Shown piece by piece: positions 1 to 9,434 of a stretch of 64,000 bases of DNA. The position numbers and the translations under genes are program-made. The DNA is taken from IMG/VR virus record IMGVR_UViG_3300034980_000290; one strand, given 5' to 3'. Positions within the stretch are counted from its first letter, which is position 1. Each line of letters starts with the position of its first letter. The notes under the pieces were generated by a model, which had not been told where the DNA came from, did no database searches, and saw only the letters and a list, made by a program, of their open reading frames with translations. This DNA is from a virus. Taxonomy: Duplodnaviria; Heunggongvirae; Uroviricota; Caudoviricetes.

Positions 1-31
1 GAGCAACTCATCAACTGGAGAGCCGCACGGC

Positions 32-589
32 GTGAACCCCGAAAAAGTTCGCTTTATCGGGGAACATGTACTACAGCGAGGCTGCCTCTACATCATCACC
101 CAAACTGAACACGGTTCGGGTGGATCGGCCAAGAGGGTGGGTTACGCCACCTTTGATGATCCTACGGGCGGATCACCCGAAGGGCGTACGGACATTGCAG
201 CGGGCGAAAGCCCCGGGCCAGTCCGTACCCTCCTCGCGTTTTCACGTGAGGAGTTGGCCGAACAGTACCTCCAGGAGGAGCTCAGAAGTGTCGGCGAAGT
301 CGTTCGAATAGTGAACAACGCGCATGATGTGGGCCGAATGGTCCGCACCATGCTGGGTGGGCGGATCCACTGGTTCACATTTGATCGGGTTCCCGGCAGT
401 GCCCTTACACAGGATCGCTACACATGCTGGCAGATCCCTTTGCGACTGTTCGTAGCCATGGTCGGCAAGTACGCCGAGGCCACGGCGGAACACATGAGGC
501 GGATGCCGGGGTGGAACCCCAGCGATGACATGATTGTCGACATCCCGCTGGAGGCGCAACAGATCATCGACGACTCAAGGAACGACTAA
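32..589 (+). CDS. hypothetical protein
   Basis: 185-aa ORF; stop TAA immediately followed by ATG of next ORF (translational coupling). Confidence 0.4.
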   Translation: MNPEKVRFIGEHVLQRGCLYIITQTEHGSGGSAKRVGYATFDDPTGGSPEGRTDIAAGESPGPVRTLLAFSREELAEQYLQEELRSVGEVVRIVNNAHDVGRMVRTMLGGRIHWFTFDRVPGSALTQDRYTCWQIPLRLFVAMVGKYAEATAEHMRRMPGWNPSDDMIVDIPLEAQQIIDDSRND

Positions 590-1069
590 ATGCCTGGACT
601 GCCATGGAATGACAAAGAGCGCCAGCAGGCAGTGGACACTTGCCACGAGATCCAGACGTTGCAGGGGCGCTCACTGAAGGGCAACATGAAGGAGGTCGCA
701 GACCACTTCAATGCAACCTTGGAACGCGGTCGGCCCAGACGTACGTTTCACGGCATCGTGAGGATGTACATGGAGTGCCGAGATGAGATGCAGCCCACCC
801 ACATTGACCTTGGGCCGGTGGAGCCGCGCCGTGAGATCTTCCCAGAGATGGGCCATGACGCCCAGCCTGAGCTTGTCCATGTGTTAGATGAGATGGGGCC
901 GCAGGATGACCCCAAGGCTCTCATCATCGGTGAGATCAACAAACTCCTCCATGGAATGGACTTGGCGCGGTTGCTCCAGGCCCATGCCCGTGTATATGTG
1001 ATTGAGGAAGACCATGCCAGAGAACGCGCAAGGACCGAAGGTCACAATCACACTGGACCCCAAGGATGA
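590..1069 (+). CDS. hypothetical protein
   Basis: 159-aa ORF coupled to upstream gene. Confidence 0.4.
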   Translation: MPGLPWNDKERQQAVDTCHEIQTLQGRSLKGNMKEVADHFNATLERGRPRRTFHGIVRMYMECRDEMQPTHIDLGPVEPRREIFPEMGHDAQPELVHVLDEMGPQDDPKALIIGEINKLLHGMDLARLLQAHARVYVIEEDHARERARTEGHNHTGPQG

Positions 1070-1248
1070 GGATTGCGGTGGGGCGGCCATGTTTCGTTCC
1101 ATCACACGCAACCTTGAGCTGGGTGGAGAGATGTACGAGCTGGGGCAGACCATCCGTGGCTACCTCAAGCACACCGAGGACGACGTACCCGAGTCGGCCA
1201 GGGACTTACTCCACAATGCCCGGTACGCTTTTGAACATCTAACGGGGT

Positions 1249-2271
1249 TTGAAGAGACAGATCTTGGCGTGTAAGCTGAACGATCCCCACGGGGAACTGA
1301 GCCACGACCACGTGAACGTACTGTTCGCCGGGTCAGTAAGGCTGGCAGACATGGAAGGGTGGGACATCACCACCCGTCTTCTATGTTTCGAGGATGGTAA
1401 GCAGACAGAAGACCACCTCCTCAACTACCCCAAGTTCCCGCCCATGTTCGTTCTGCTGGATAGCGGGGCGTTCTCAGCATGGACGAAGGGCAAGGCCATC
1501 AACCTGGATGACTACGTGGATTGCATCATCCGCCATCGGGGCGTTGTCTGCCACGCTGCCAACCTCGACGTTATCCCCGGGCGGCAGGGCCAGAAACAGA
1601 TTTCAGCTTACGAGAACAGGAGAGCAGCCAGCGAGGGCTGGATGAACTACCGATACATCCTGGCCCGGCTGCGCTGGTTGGGACATGAGGACCTGTGCAG
1701 CAGAATCATGCCCATCCACCACCAGGGTGAGAGCATTGACATCCTCAAAACCATGATCGATGAGGGGTGTCAGTACGTCGGCATCAGCCCAAGCAACGAC
1801 GCCAGGACCAAGCAGAGGATGAAGTACCTGGATGAGGTCTTCACCTATCTGTCATCGCAGCCCACCCGCATCCTGACCCACGGCTATGCAGTGACCAGTG
1901 AGACGCTGATGGACAGCTATCCCTGGTTTACGGTTGACTCCATCACCTGGATTTACATCGCCGGGTTCGGGATGGTCAAGACGCCCATGGGAGCGTTTAG
2001 CTTCAGCGAGGATCCTCGTTCCCTCAAGAGCAAGGACAATCTTCGATTAGTAATCGACGAGGGAGGGGAGTGGCGGACGGACAACACGGACTTCCAGGGA
2101 TCACAGGCGGATCTGGAACGGTACATCCGTGAAGAGCTGATGACAGATGTCAACACCTTGGCTCAGGACTACTGGGCCAGAGCACTCGCCAACATCCTCT
2201 ACTTCAAGCACTTCCAGAAGACTGCTACAGGAAAGCAGAGGCAACACCTTGAAGTTCCACTCTTTGGCTGA
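1249..2271 (+). CDS. tRNA-guanine transglycosylase-like protein, possible DpdA-type DNA 7-deazaguanine transglycosylase
   Basis: 340 aa; motif FVLLDSGAFSAW resembles the TGT catalytic Asp motif (LTDSGGYQ); later THGYAV and FTVDSITW resemble TGT second-Asp and LGxG regions; TTG start at 1249, alternative ATG at 1351. Confidence 0.35.
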   Translation: MKRQILACKLNDPHGELSHDHVNVLFAGSVRLADMEGWDITTRLLCFEDGKQTEDHLLNYPKFPPMFVLLDSGAFSAWTKGKAINLDDYVDCIIRHRGVVCHAANLDVIPGRQGQKQISAYENRRAASEGWMNYRYILARLRWLGHEDLCSRIMPIHHQGESIDILKTMIDEGCQYVGISPSNDARTKQRMKYLDEVFTYLSSQPTRILTHGYAVTSETLMDSYPWFTVDSITWIYIAGFGMVKTPMGAFSFSEDPRSLKSKDNLRLVIDEGGEWRTDNTDFQGSQADLERYIREELMTDVNTLAQDYWARALANILYFKHFQKTATGKQRQHLEVPLFG

Positions 2272-2455
2272 CCTACGTTGCTATATAGGCACACCCACAG
2301 GGCCACAAGAAGCGACCAGAAGCGTTTGGTCAAAACTGTGCCGGGTGTATATTACCACGTGAGCTATGCAAACGCCTCCTATGTGGGCGGCGGGCATCAA
2401 GGCAAACACGGGCAGCGCGAGGGCAAACCTTGCAGAGCCCAAAGGAGCAAGCGCA

Positions 2456-2929
2456 ATGGCGAAACGGACGCAGAAGGGTAAGGTCGCCCCCAAGGCACCA
2501 CGCATGGGTCGTGGCAAGGCGACGGCGAGCGGAACGGCGGGCAAGCCCACCGCGAAGAAGGCCACCAAGAACGCCCCGGCGAAGAAGCCCGCCGGTCGCA
2601 AGCCTGCCGCGAAGACGCAGCCCACCGAGGGTGAGGCGTTCGTGTGCAAGATGGGCGAGTCGCAGGTCGGCGTCACCGTCAAGTCCGGTGAGACCCTGTA
2701 CGACATGCTCAAGCGGGCCGTCTTCCCCCGGGGCACCTTCAAGACGAAGGCGGGCACCGACATCACCAACCTCATCGCTGCTGCCGAGCAGGATGTGGCC
2801 CAGGGTCAGGCGACCAGCGTCGCCGCCTGTTTCCAGGACTTGCGGGTGGACGGGATGGGGGCGACCCTCGAAACGCCCATCAAGCCGGGCGTGATCGTCA
2901 CGCTGGTGCCCAAGATCACAGGCGGCTGA
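2456..2929 (+). CDS. ubiquitin-like beta-grasp protein with C-terminal Gly-Gly and histone-H1-like Lys/Ala/Pro-rich N-terminal tail
   Basis: ATG 2456 preceded by aaggag RBS at 2441-2446; protein ends ...IVTLVPKITGG immediately followed by stop, as in ThiS/MoaD/ubiquitin; N-terminal 60 aa are AKK/PAK repeats. Confidence 0.6.
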   Translation: MAKRTQKGKVAPKAPRMGRGKATASGTAGKPTAKKATKNAPAKKPAGRKPAAKTQPTEGEAFVCKMGESQVGVTVKSGETLYDMLKRAVFPRGTFKTKAGTDITNLIAAAEQDVAQGQATSVAACFQDLRVDGMGATLETPIKPGVIVTLVPKITGG

Positions 2930-2956
2930 TTCAACAGGCAGTGCGGCTGGAAGCTC

Positions 2957-2990
2957 AGGGCCGGGGGATAACGACCCCGGCCCCCTTTTT
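2957..2990 (+). terminator. rho-independent terminator
   Basis: gggccgggggataacgaccccggccc stem-loop followed by cctttttgg. Confidence 0.6.
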
Positions 2991-3001
2991 GGAGTGCCCA
3001 A

Positions 3002-4546
3002 ATGAGCGAGATTGCTGAACTACAGCCTGGGACAGCGTTCACCAAGTCCAACTGGCGGGCCTACACCAGTTCGACGCCCGGTGAAGCCGCTGGAGTCCTC
3101 GGCGCGTACCCGGAAGTGCGGCAAGACTTCCTAGATGCGTTGGGTGATCTCGCCGGGCAGATCGAGCGTGACATCTGCGTGTGCGTTGACAACCACTTCC
3201 CGTTGGGTGTTGACGAAAAGGAAGATCGCTACACCGAGAAGCAGTACCGGACCATCTACCTGCACGTGTTCGCTGCTCCCAAGGAAGCTGAGGTCACAGG
3301 GTGCCCGCAGCTCCCCTCAACGGTGTCGGTGAGCGGCGTGGAGTATGACCTCCGTGGTTGCCAGAGGGACTACCTGGAGTACGACCTCGCCCCCCTGAGC
3401 ATGATGGCCGTCAAGACCGACGGTGACGCCCAGGGCTTGGGATACAACCTGTGCCTCTTCCGTGGCCACCACCTTTACCTGAGTGCCGACCTGTTTGACA
3501 ACCGGGGCGACGAGTGGGAGAAGGGCGGTGAGGCTGACTCGGTGTGGAAGGAGCGCACCACCGAGTTCGCCATTGACTCCTGCCAAATGATCCTTGAGCT
3601 CGTCACTGCGGCGGTCGGGTGGCTGGTGCAGAGCGACACCCTCATGAGCTTCGAGGAGTACGAAAAGAAGCGCATTGAGAGGGTGTATGAGGCTTGGAAG
3701 TCCCTGCACGGGATCATGGTCAAGCAGGCATCGGTCGGCTTGACCATGAAGCTACAGAGGGCCGAGCGTGACGAGCGTACCTATCGGCGCCAGCTTGAGG
3801 AAGCTGAAGAGTTCTTACTCAAGGCCATGGCTGACCTCCATGCTGCCAAGATGCAGATGAAGGGTGTCGAGGACGGCATGACCGAGGTGTCCGTGCTGGG
3901 CAACGAGGAAATGTTCAGAAACTTGATGTCCTACTACTACGAGGACATCAAGGTCACGGGAACCGGCGGCAGCCAGACGATCACCGCAACCACGCGGATG
4001 ATTTACATCAAGGAGGAAATCCCGGTCGACATCATGAAGACCAAGGGGATGCACGTTGGCGCCGGGGAGTACAGGAACCGTGATGACATTGAAGTCCGCA
4101 TGGGCATCTTCAAGATTGGCCAGCTGAGGATCACCATTCCCATTGGCCGTGAAGATGGTGTGGGTGGCATGGGCCAGATCGTGGCCAAGAACCTGATACC
4201 CATCAAGGCACAGGATGAGTGGTGCCAGCAGACCGGCGGTGAAATCTATCACCCGCACATCAGGGGTGATGCCGGAACCAGCATCTGCTGGGGCAACATG
4301 GGTGAGCCGGTGCGAAAGCTGAGGGCAGAGAACAACGTCATGGTCTTGCTACAAGTCCTGGCGCAGTTCTTCTTCAGTTACAACCCGGCTGACGCCTACA
4401 ACCGAGTGTGGATGTGGCCAGAGGTGACGCCCGAGGACGGGTTCACCGAAGATGACCTGGTGTACGATTGCAGCAAGAAGGATGTTGGCGCGACCACCGT
4501 GGATGGTGAAGTAGCTCCGCGGCGGCGTGCAAGGAGGACTATCTAA
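3002..4546 (+). CDS. large protein with C-terminal UBC/E2-like domain
   Basis: 514 aa; C-terminal GEIYHPHIRGDAGTSICWGNMGE matches the E2 HPN...C active-site architecture (Cys 9 residues after HPH); central coiled coil; stop overlaps start of JAB gene. Confidence 0.45.
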   Translation: MSEIAELQPGTAFTKSNWRAYTSSTPGEAAGVLGAYPEVRQDFLDALGDLAGQIERDICVCVDNHFPLGVDEKEDRYTEKQYRTIYLHVFAAPKEAEVTGCPQLPSTVSVSGVEYDLRGCQRDYLEYDLAPLSMMAVKTDGDAQGLGYNLCLFRGHHLYLSADLFDNRGDEWEKGGEADSVWKERTTEFAIDSCQMILELVTAAVGWLVQSDTLMSFEEYEKKRIERVYEAWKSLHGIMVKQASVGLTMKLQRAERDERTYRRQLEEAEEFLLKAMADLHAAKMQMKGVEDGMTEVSVLGNEEMFRNLMSYYYEDIKVTGTGGSQTITATTRMIYIKEEIPVDIMKTKGMHVGAGEYRNRDDIEVRMGIFKIGQLRITIPIGREDGVGGMGQIVAKNLIPIKAQDEWCQQTGGEIYHPHIRGDAGTSICWGNMGEPVRKLRAENNVMVLLQVLAQFFFSYNPADAYNRVWMWPEVTPEDGFTEDDLVYDCSKKDVGATTVDGEVAPRRRARRTI

Positions 4547-6291
4547 TGAGCGGCGAGTTCAAGCCACCCCTGCCCCGGATACGGCGGCAAATCGGGGAGC
4601 TGGGAAGCCGACGAGATCCAAAGGAAACCGGACTGCGGGTGTACATCCCGCTCCCGGTGTACCAGAAGATGTCGGCGTTGACCATGAGCGCGGAGAGCGA
4701 AACCAGCGCCATGGGATTCGTGCACCTGGAAAAGGACAGCGACATCACGACGCTGGGCCAGGAGGTGTGGGTAGACGAGCTGGTGTTTGTCAAGAACAAG
4801 TCATCGGCCGCATCCACCGAGCTTGACCAGGACGATCTGGCCCAGGTGATGATGGCCAAGATGAAAGAGGGGCGCGACTTGATGCACATGCGCCTCTGGT
4901 TCCATACGCACTACAACTTCGACGTGTTCTGGAGCCCCACCGACCGCAACGCCAGCAAGAACACGCTGGAGAACAGCCGGTGGACCCTCAGCATTGTGAT
5001 GAACCAGAGGCATGAGCTCCGCGCTTGTGTGGACGTGTACCGCCCTGAGCATCACTGGTACGACGAGGTGCCCATCTACCTTGTGTTGGATTGCCCGACC
5101 CAGAAGTGGGACAGGTGGGCGAAGCAGGCACACAAGCGGATCAACTCCGAACGCATGATCGCCCTTGAGGACTGGCGAAGTGCTGGCGGTGACGAGCAGG
5201 GCCAGGAGTTGAGCCCCGAGTTCATCGAGCGCATTCGCAAGGAAGGCGGGATCGTCACCAGGGAAGACGCAGGCAAGAACAAGGCCGAGGTGGTTGAGGG
5301 TGACCCCGATGACCACAACGTGATTCATCACGTGTGCTCGTGCAACAAGGTGCTGGAGGTTCCGGCATCCTGCAAGAAGTTCAAGTGCCCCGAGTGTGAA
5401 CAACATTGGGACTTGAATTACAAGACCCAGGACGGGAAGGGTTCCAAGGGGCAGGCGGATGATCCAGAGCAGCAACTGACGGCTGACAGGCTGTACGTTG
5501 ATGCCTTGCAGATGCAGACGCACTTGAACGAGGAAACCGACCCCAAGGCGCTGAACGGCTTCCCGTGCAAGGAACTCTTCATGCCTGCTGTTGATGAGGA
5601 GTTTGTCGGTGGCGCTTGCTTCCCGTATGTCGAGGACGTCATCGACAACGTGGAGTACATCACGGCGGACAGGTTCGTGGAGCTGGAACTGGTGTTCCTT
5701 GGCACCCATGGACACATGAGGGTCTACGCCAACGGGACTCAATACTACTGCACCGATGACCACCCCACCCTCTCGACGGTGTTCAGTGCATCATTTGCAT
5801 CGAGCGTGGAAACCGACCAGTGGCCGAACCGATTCATCCCGGTGCGTGACGACAACGCGACCGTGGTGGCGTTTGGCGAACGAGCCACGAGCATCTGGTA
5901 CGACCTTTGGCTCAAGACTTACGTGTCCACCTACCACGATCACTCCAAGGCGGAGGATCCCACCGGGGACATCGAATACTTCGATGACATGAGCGAGCGC
6001 AGGGTCAAGAACGTGATCAGCGCCATGCTCATCGAGCGGCAGGAAGGTGGCTCCCGTGCGAACCAGCCATACCAGCCCAACCTACCCAGCCCGCCCGCGC
6101 CAAGGAGATTGGTGCAGAGTGGGGCCGGGAAGGCCCGTGTCGGGCAACCGTATGGGCAGGGTGCCTTGCGCTGGGAAGAATGGTGTGCCCAACGACAGGA
6201 CAATCCTGTCAAGGTCAGGCGCAGGGATGGCGACGGCAGCCTGAAGAACGTCAGGCTTCGGTTGGATGCGACCAACCTGGATCCGGCATAG
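4546..6291 (+). CDS. JAB/JAMM (MPN+) metalloprotease-domain protein with C-terminal zinc-ribbon region
   Basis: 581 aa; exact JAMM motif HTHYNFDVFWSPTD (HxHx7Sx2D); Cys cluster CSCN...CKKFKCPECEQHW; start overlaps upstream stop (ATGA). Confidence 0.6.
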   Translation: MSGEFKPPLPRIRRQIGELGSRRDPKETGLRVYIPLPVYQKMSALTMSAESETSAMGFVHLEKDSDITTLGQEVWVDELVFVKNKSSAASTELDQDDLAQVMMAKMKEGRDLMHMRLWFHTHYNFDVFWSPTDRNASKNTLENSRWTLSIVMNQRHELRACVDVYRPEHHWYDEVPIYLVLDCPTQKWDRWAKQAHKRINSERMIALEDWRSAGGDEQGQELSPEFIERIRKEGGIVTREDAGKNKAEVVEGDPDDHNVIHHVCSCNKVLEVPASCKKFKCPECEQHWDLNYKTQDGKGSKGQADDPEQQLTADRLYVDALQMQTHLNEETDPKALNGFPCKELFMPAVDEEFVGGACFPYVEDVIDNVEYITADRFVELELVFLGTHGHMRVYANGTQYYCTDDHPTLSTVFSASFASSVETDQWPNRFIPVRDDNATVVAFGERATSIWYDLWLKTYVSTYHDHSKAEDPTGDIEYFDDMSERRVKNVISAMLIERQEGGSRANQPYQPNLPSPPAPRRLVQSGAGKARVGQPYGQGALRWEEWCAQRQDNPVKVRRRDGDGSLKNVRLRLDATNLDPA

Positions 6292-6357
6292 AACATTAGG
6301 TCATGAAGCCCCGTGCGCTACCATGGTGTGCGGGGTAAGGTGCCCAAGGAGCAAGCC

Positions 6358-7107
6358 ATGCAAGACACGGGTGAACAGTTCAAGCGCCAAGCTGAGTTCA
6401 TCCCGCGTAGTACCTGGGAAGGCGTGACTGTTCACGTTGTCGGGTGCGGCGGGATTGGATCAGTGGCGGCGCTGGGACTGGCCAAGATCGGAGCCAGCAG
6501 GATCATCCTGTATGACGATGACACCATCGAGCTCCACAACGTGCCCAACCAGATGCTGACCGCCAACGGGGATGCCATGGGACAGCCCAAGGTGGCAGAC
6601 CTGGGCGGGATCCTGCTCGACTTTGGCGGCGAGCACATCGACGTCATCGCCGAGAACCGGCGCGTGACCACCGAAAACCCGCTGCGGATCGAGGATAGGG
6701 AGGGCCTTCACCTTGTCCTGTGCGGCCCTGACAACATGGAGACCCGCAAGGAGGTCTTCGAGTTCTGCTGCGCCCGCGACGATGTGGTGGGGTTTCTGGA
6801 TGGCCGCATGGCCAGTCGGTTCTTCACGCTGCACGTGGTGGACACGAACGACGAAGCTGAAGCCAAGGAGTACCTGGACGCCTTCTACAGCACTGAGGAG
6901 GCTGAAGAACTGCCGTGCAGCGACCGGGCCGTCTTCCACACCAACATGGTCCTTGCGGCCATGATCTGTGAACAAGCGCGGCGCATCCTCATGCACGCGC
7001 AGGAGGCTTTGGGCACCATTGACCCGGAACAGGTTTTCCGCGAAACGCCAGCGGTGAATACGAAGGTGATGTTCGACCTTACGAACCTCACCCTCATGGT
7101 TGACTGA
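6358..7107 (+). CDS. ThiF/MoeB-family E1-like adenylyltransferase
   Basis: Rossmann motif VVGCGGIGS, YDDDTIELHNVPNQ (D-D-V-SNL-RQ-like), LCGPDNMETR (DCTDNxxTR motif); ATG 6358 with aaggag RBS; ORF track start 6313 is GTG. Confidence 0.65.
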   Translation: MQDTGEQFKRQAEFIPRSTWEGVTVHVVGCGGIGSVAALGLAKIGASRIILYDDDTIELHNVPNQMLTANGDAMGQPKVADLGGILLDFGGEHIDVIAENRRVTTENPLRIEDREGLHLVLCGPDNMETRKEVFEFCCARDDVVGFLDGRMASRFFTLHVVDTNDEAEAKEYLDAFYSTEEAEELPCSDRAVFHTNMVLAAMICEQARRILMHAQEALGTIDPEQVFRETPAVNTKVMFDLTNLTLMVD

Positions 7108-7117
7108 GGAGACTCAC

Positions 7118-7837
7118 ATGCCCCTTTGTATCAAATGCCGTGTGCAGCACTGCGGAGATCACAAGTGTGCGTGCACGCTGAATCACCTGCGCATCCAGGG
7201 GCGGTGCCGTGCTGGGACGTTCTACCAGATCCAGCCCGAGGCTGGTGGAAACAGGACGCAACCGAATGGCATGTGGCGGGACCTGGGCCTGAAGATCAAC
7301 CTCACCCAGCCACTTGAGCGATACATCGCCAAGCCCAGGCGCAGCCGTGGTGAGATTCAGGGCTACCAGATCTGGCACATGATGGATGCCGCTGGGCTCC
7401 AGTGGCCGACTGATCCCACCACAGAAGGTGGGCTGTTGTTGGTTGACCACCAGAAGTTTCACGACTCGGACATCGCGCACATGCCCGATGACTGGAAGCA
7501 GACAGTAAAAGCTGTGGTGGATGACATTCCCGGCCTCTACTTCCGCAGTTTCACTCACCTCAACGCCAACAACTGGTTCGAGCGGGTGGGTGACTTCAAG
7601 GCTGACGAGACCGGGAACTTCCCACTACAGAAGTGGACCAGGTGGCTCGCCACCAACCCTGACAAGCCGCAGGTGGCCCTGGACAACTACATCCTCGTCA
7701 AGCAACGGTCTTGGCGTGAAGAATATCACTTTCAACTTGTGCAGATGGACAACAGACTGGTTCATCACCGAGTATTTGCGCCCCTCCGGCAGAAGCTGCT
7801 GGAACGTATTCAGTCGTTCGTAATGACTGTCGTATAG
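7118..7837 (+). CDS. Cys-rich zinc-finger protein (last gene of Ubl operon)
   Basis: N-terminus CIKCRVQHCGDHKCACTLNHLRIQGRC; ATG 7118 after gaggag; overlaps E1 stop. Confidence 0.45.
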   Translation: MPLCIKCRVQHCGDHKCACTLNHLRIQGRCRAGTFYQIQPEAGGNRTQPNGMWRDLGLKINLTQPLERYIAKPRRSRGEIQGYQIWHMMDAAGLQWPTDPTTEGGLLLVDHQKFHDSDIAHMPDDWKQTVKAVVDDIPGLYFRSFTHLNANNWFERVGDFKADETGNFPLQKWTRWLATNPDKPQVALDNYILVKQRSWREEYHFQLVQMDNRLVHHRVFAPLRQKLLERIQSFVMTVV

Positions 7838-7893
7838 CAACGAGTGAGGCACGTTACGCCTCAAGAAGCCCAAGCTACAAGGAGCAACTGATC

Positions 7894-8292
7894 ATGACTG
7901 ACGAAGCGATCCCCCAGGTGCAGCCGCCGGAGCCGGTGGCCCAGGAAGCCCCTCCCACAGCGCCCGCCATTGGCGATCCGGCGCCGCCCCCGCCTGCCGC
8001 CGAAGCCGCGCCCGTCCCCGAGGTGGCCGTCCCCGAGGCCGCGCCGGTTGCGGAAGCCGCCGCTGCCCCTGCCGCCACCGCCGAGGCTGCCCCGGCGAAG
8101 AAGGGCGGAAAGCCCCGCAGCGAGTTTCCGAACTGGGTCGCGACTCAGTACAAGGACAAGGATGCCCCGTTCACGGACGTGCAGGTGGACTGCGACCCGG
8201 CGAACAACATCGTCACTCTCCGCTGCACCACGGCGGGGGGCAAGACGACCACCAGCAAGATCCGCGTCAACGGCATCAACACCGTCGGTTAG
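7894..8292 (+). CDS. Pro/Ala-rich hypothetical protein
   Basis: aaggag RBS 7879-7884; 75-aa PAPEA low-complexity N-terminus then a roughly 55-aa globular tail. Confidence 0.5.
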   Translation: MTDEAIPQVQPPEPVAQEAPPTAPAIGDPAPPPPAAEAAPVPEVAVPEAAPVAEAAAAPAATAEAAPAKKGGKPRSEFPNWVATQYKDKDAPFTDVQVDCDPANNIVTLRCTTAGGKTTTSKIRVNGINTVG

Positions 8293-8381
8293 GCGAGATC
8301 TTGCGTGCAATCTAATGGCCCATCTCGCCCGCTTGGGTGGGGTGGGCCATTGCATTAGGCGTGCATTGAAGTGGCGTGTCG

Positions 8382-8406
8382 GGCCAGATAGGCCCCCTTT
8401 TTTTGG
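8382..8406 (+). terminator. rho-independent terminator
   Basis: gggcc-agata-ggccc stem then cc + T8. Confidence 0.55.
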
Positions 8407-8475
8407 CCGAATGCGGCCAAACCCAGCAGTCACAGCCCCCCGGGGCTGAATGACCATGAGAAAAGGTGTAGGCCC

Positions 8476-8790
8476 ATGGAAGACGAAACTCTTACCCCAA
8501 GCGCATGGCGTGAGCGGACCATGGCCGAGAACCCGAAGCTCAAGCCCATCAAGATGAGGCTGTGCATGGTCTTCGAGGTTGAGTCCATGCAGGACCTTGA
8601 AGCCAATGGCGGCGAAATCTCTGGCTGCGAAGCCATTGGCCAACTGGCCGACTTGATGGAACGCATCAAGGAAAACTGGAACGAAATGAGGGATATGGGG
8701 GGCTGTGCCCTTGAGCCCCTCAGTATCGTTGACTGCAACTACATGGAACGAAGTGACCGACCCGACCACCCGGAGATTATCGATGAGTGA
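8476..8790 (+). CDS. hypothetical protein
   Basis: 104-aa acidic ORF. Confidence 0.4.
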   Translation: MEDETLTPSAWRERTMAENPKLKPIKMRLCMVFEVESMQDLEANGGEISGCEAIGQLADLMERIKENWNEMRDMGGCALEPLSIVDCNYMERSDRPDHPEIIDE

Positions 8791-9022
8791 CGGAACTCCT
8801 CAAGCACGAGAAGTGGCCCCGAGCCCCCGCGCCCTGGAAGCAACCAACGCCCGGACGTCGAGCATCAATGTGAGCACGACGGCCAAGGGGAAGGTGACCT
8901 GGGATATCAAGGTGTACTTCGACGTGAGCGACAACGCCAGTCGGGAACACGGGCTGGGCGAGATCCAACTCATCGATGAGCGACTGCGCACCATGTTCGG
9001 GGATCGTGCCGCCCATGCCTGA
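8783..9022 (+). CDS. hypothetical protein
   Basis: ATG 8783 overlapping upstream stop; 79 aa. Confidence 0.35.
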   Translation: MSDGTPQAREVAPSPRALEATNARTSSINVSTTAKGKVTWDIKVYFDVSDNASREHGLGEIQLIDERLRTMFGDRAAHA

Positions 9023-9374
9023 CAACAAACCCGGGCAACTGATTGACTGCGAGTATGCGGAGGTGATGTTCAAGCATCAGACCATCGCAAGCGCAGTCAA
9101 CTCTGAGGATGTGGCGATGCTTCGCCAGCACCTTGGGAACTCCACCGTGTTGGAGTTTGATCAAACCGAGACGCCACCGGCCCACTTCAGCATCCGTGGG
9201 TATGCCAGCAAGGGAGCTGGAGACCTGGTCATACAGGTCGATGAGGCGTGGGTTCTGGAGGTGTACGATCGTCTGATGGGGGTGCGCACCTTTCCGGAAA
9301 CCATCGTCATCAGCAAGGAGGCCAACCCCAAGGATTTTGAGACAGGCGTCGGGTTCGACAGCTCTGGTGCGTAG
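9015..9374 (+). CDS. hypothetical protein
   Basis: ATG 9015 overlapping upstream stop (ATGCCTGA); 119 aa. Confidence 0.4.
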   Translation: MPDNKPGQLIDCEYAEVMFKHQTIASAVNSEDVAMLRQHLGNSTVLEFDQTETPPAHFSIRGYASKGAGDLVIQVDEAWVLEVYDRLMGVRTFPETIVISKEANPKDFETGVGFDSSGA

Positions 9375-9434
9375 GCCCAAGCGACGAAAGAACGTACGCA
9401 CCATTTCGTATAGGAGCGTGGAGACACACCACGC

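Noticed and set aside
7861-8769. 302-aa minus-strand ORF
   Set aside because: Arg/Gly garbage composition. Antisense to RBS-supported + strand genes 7894 and 8476.
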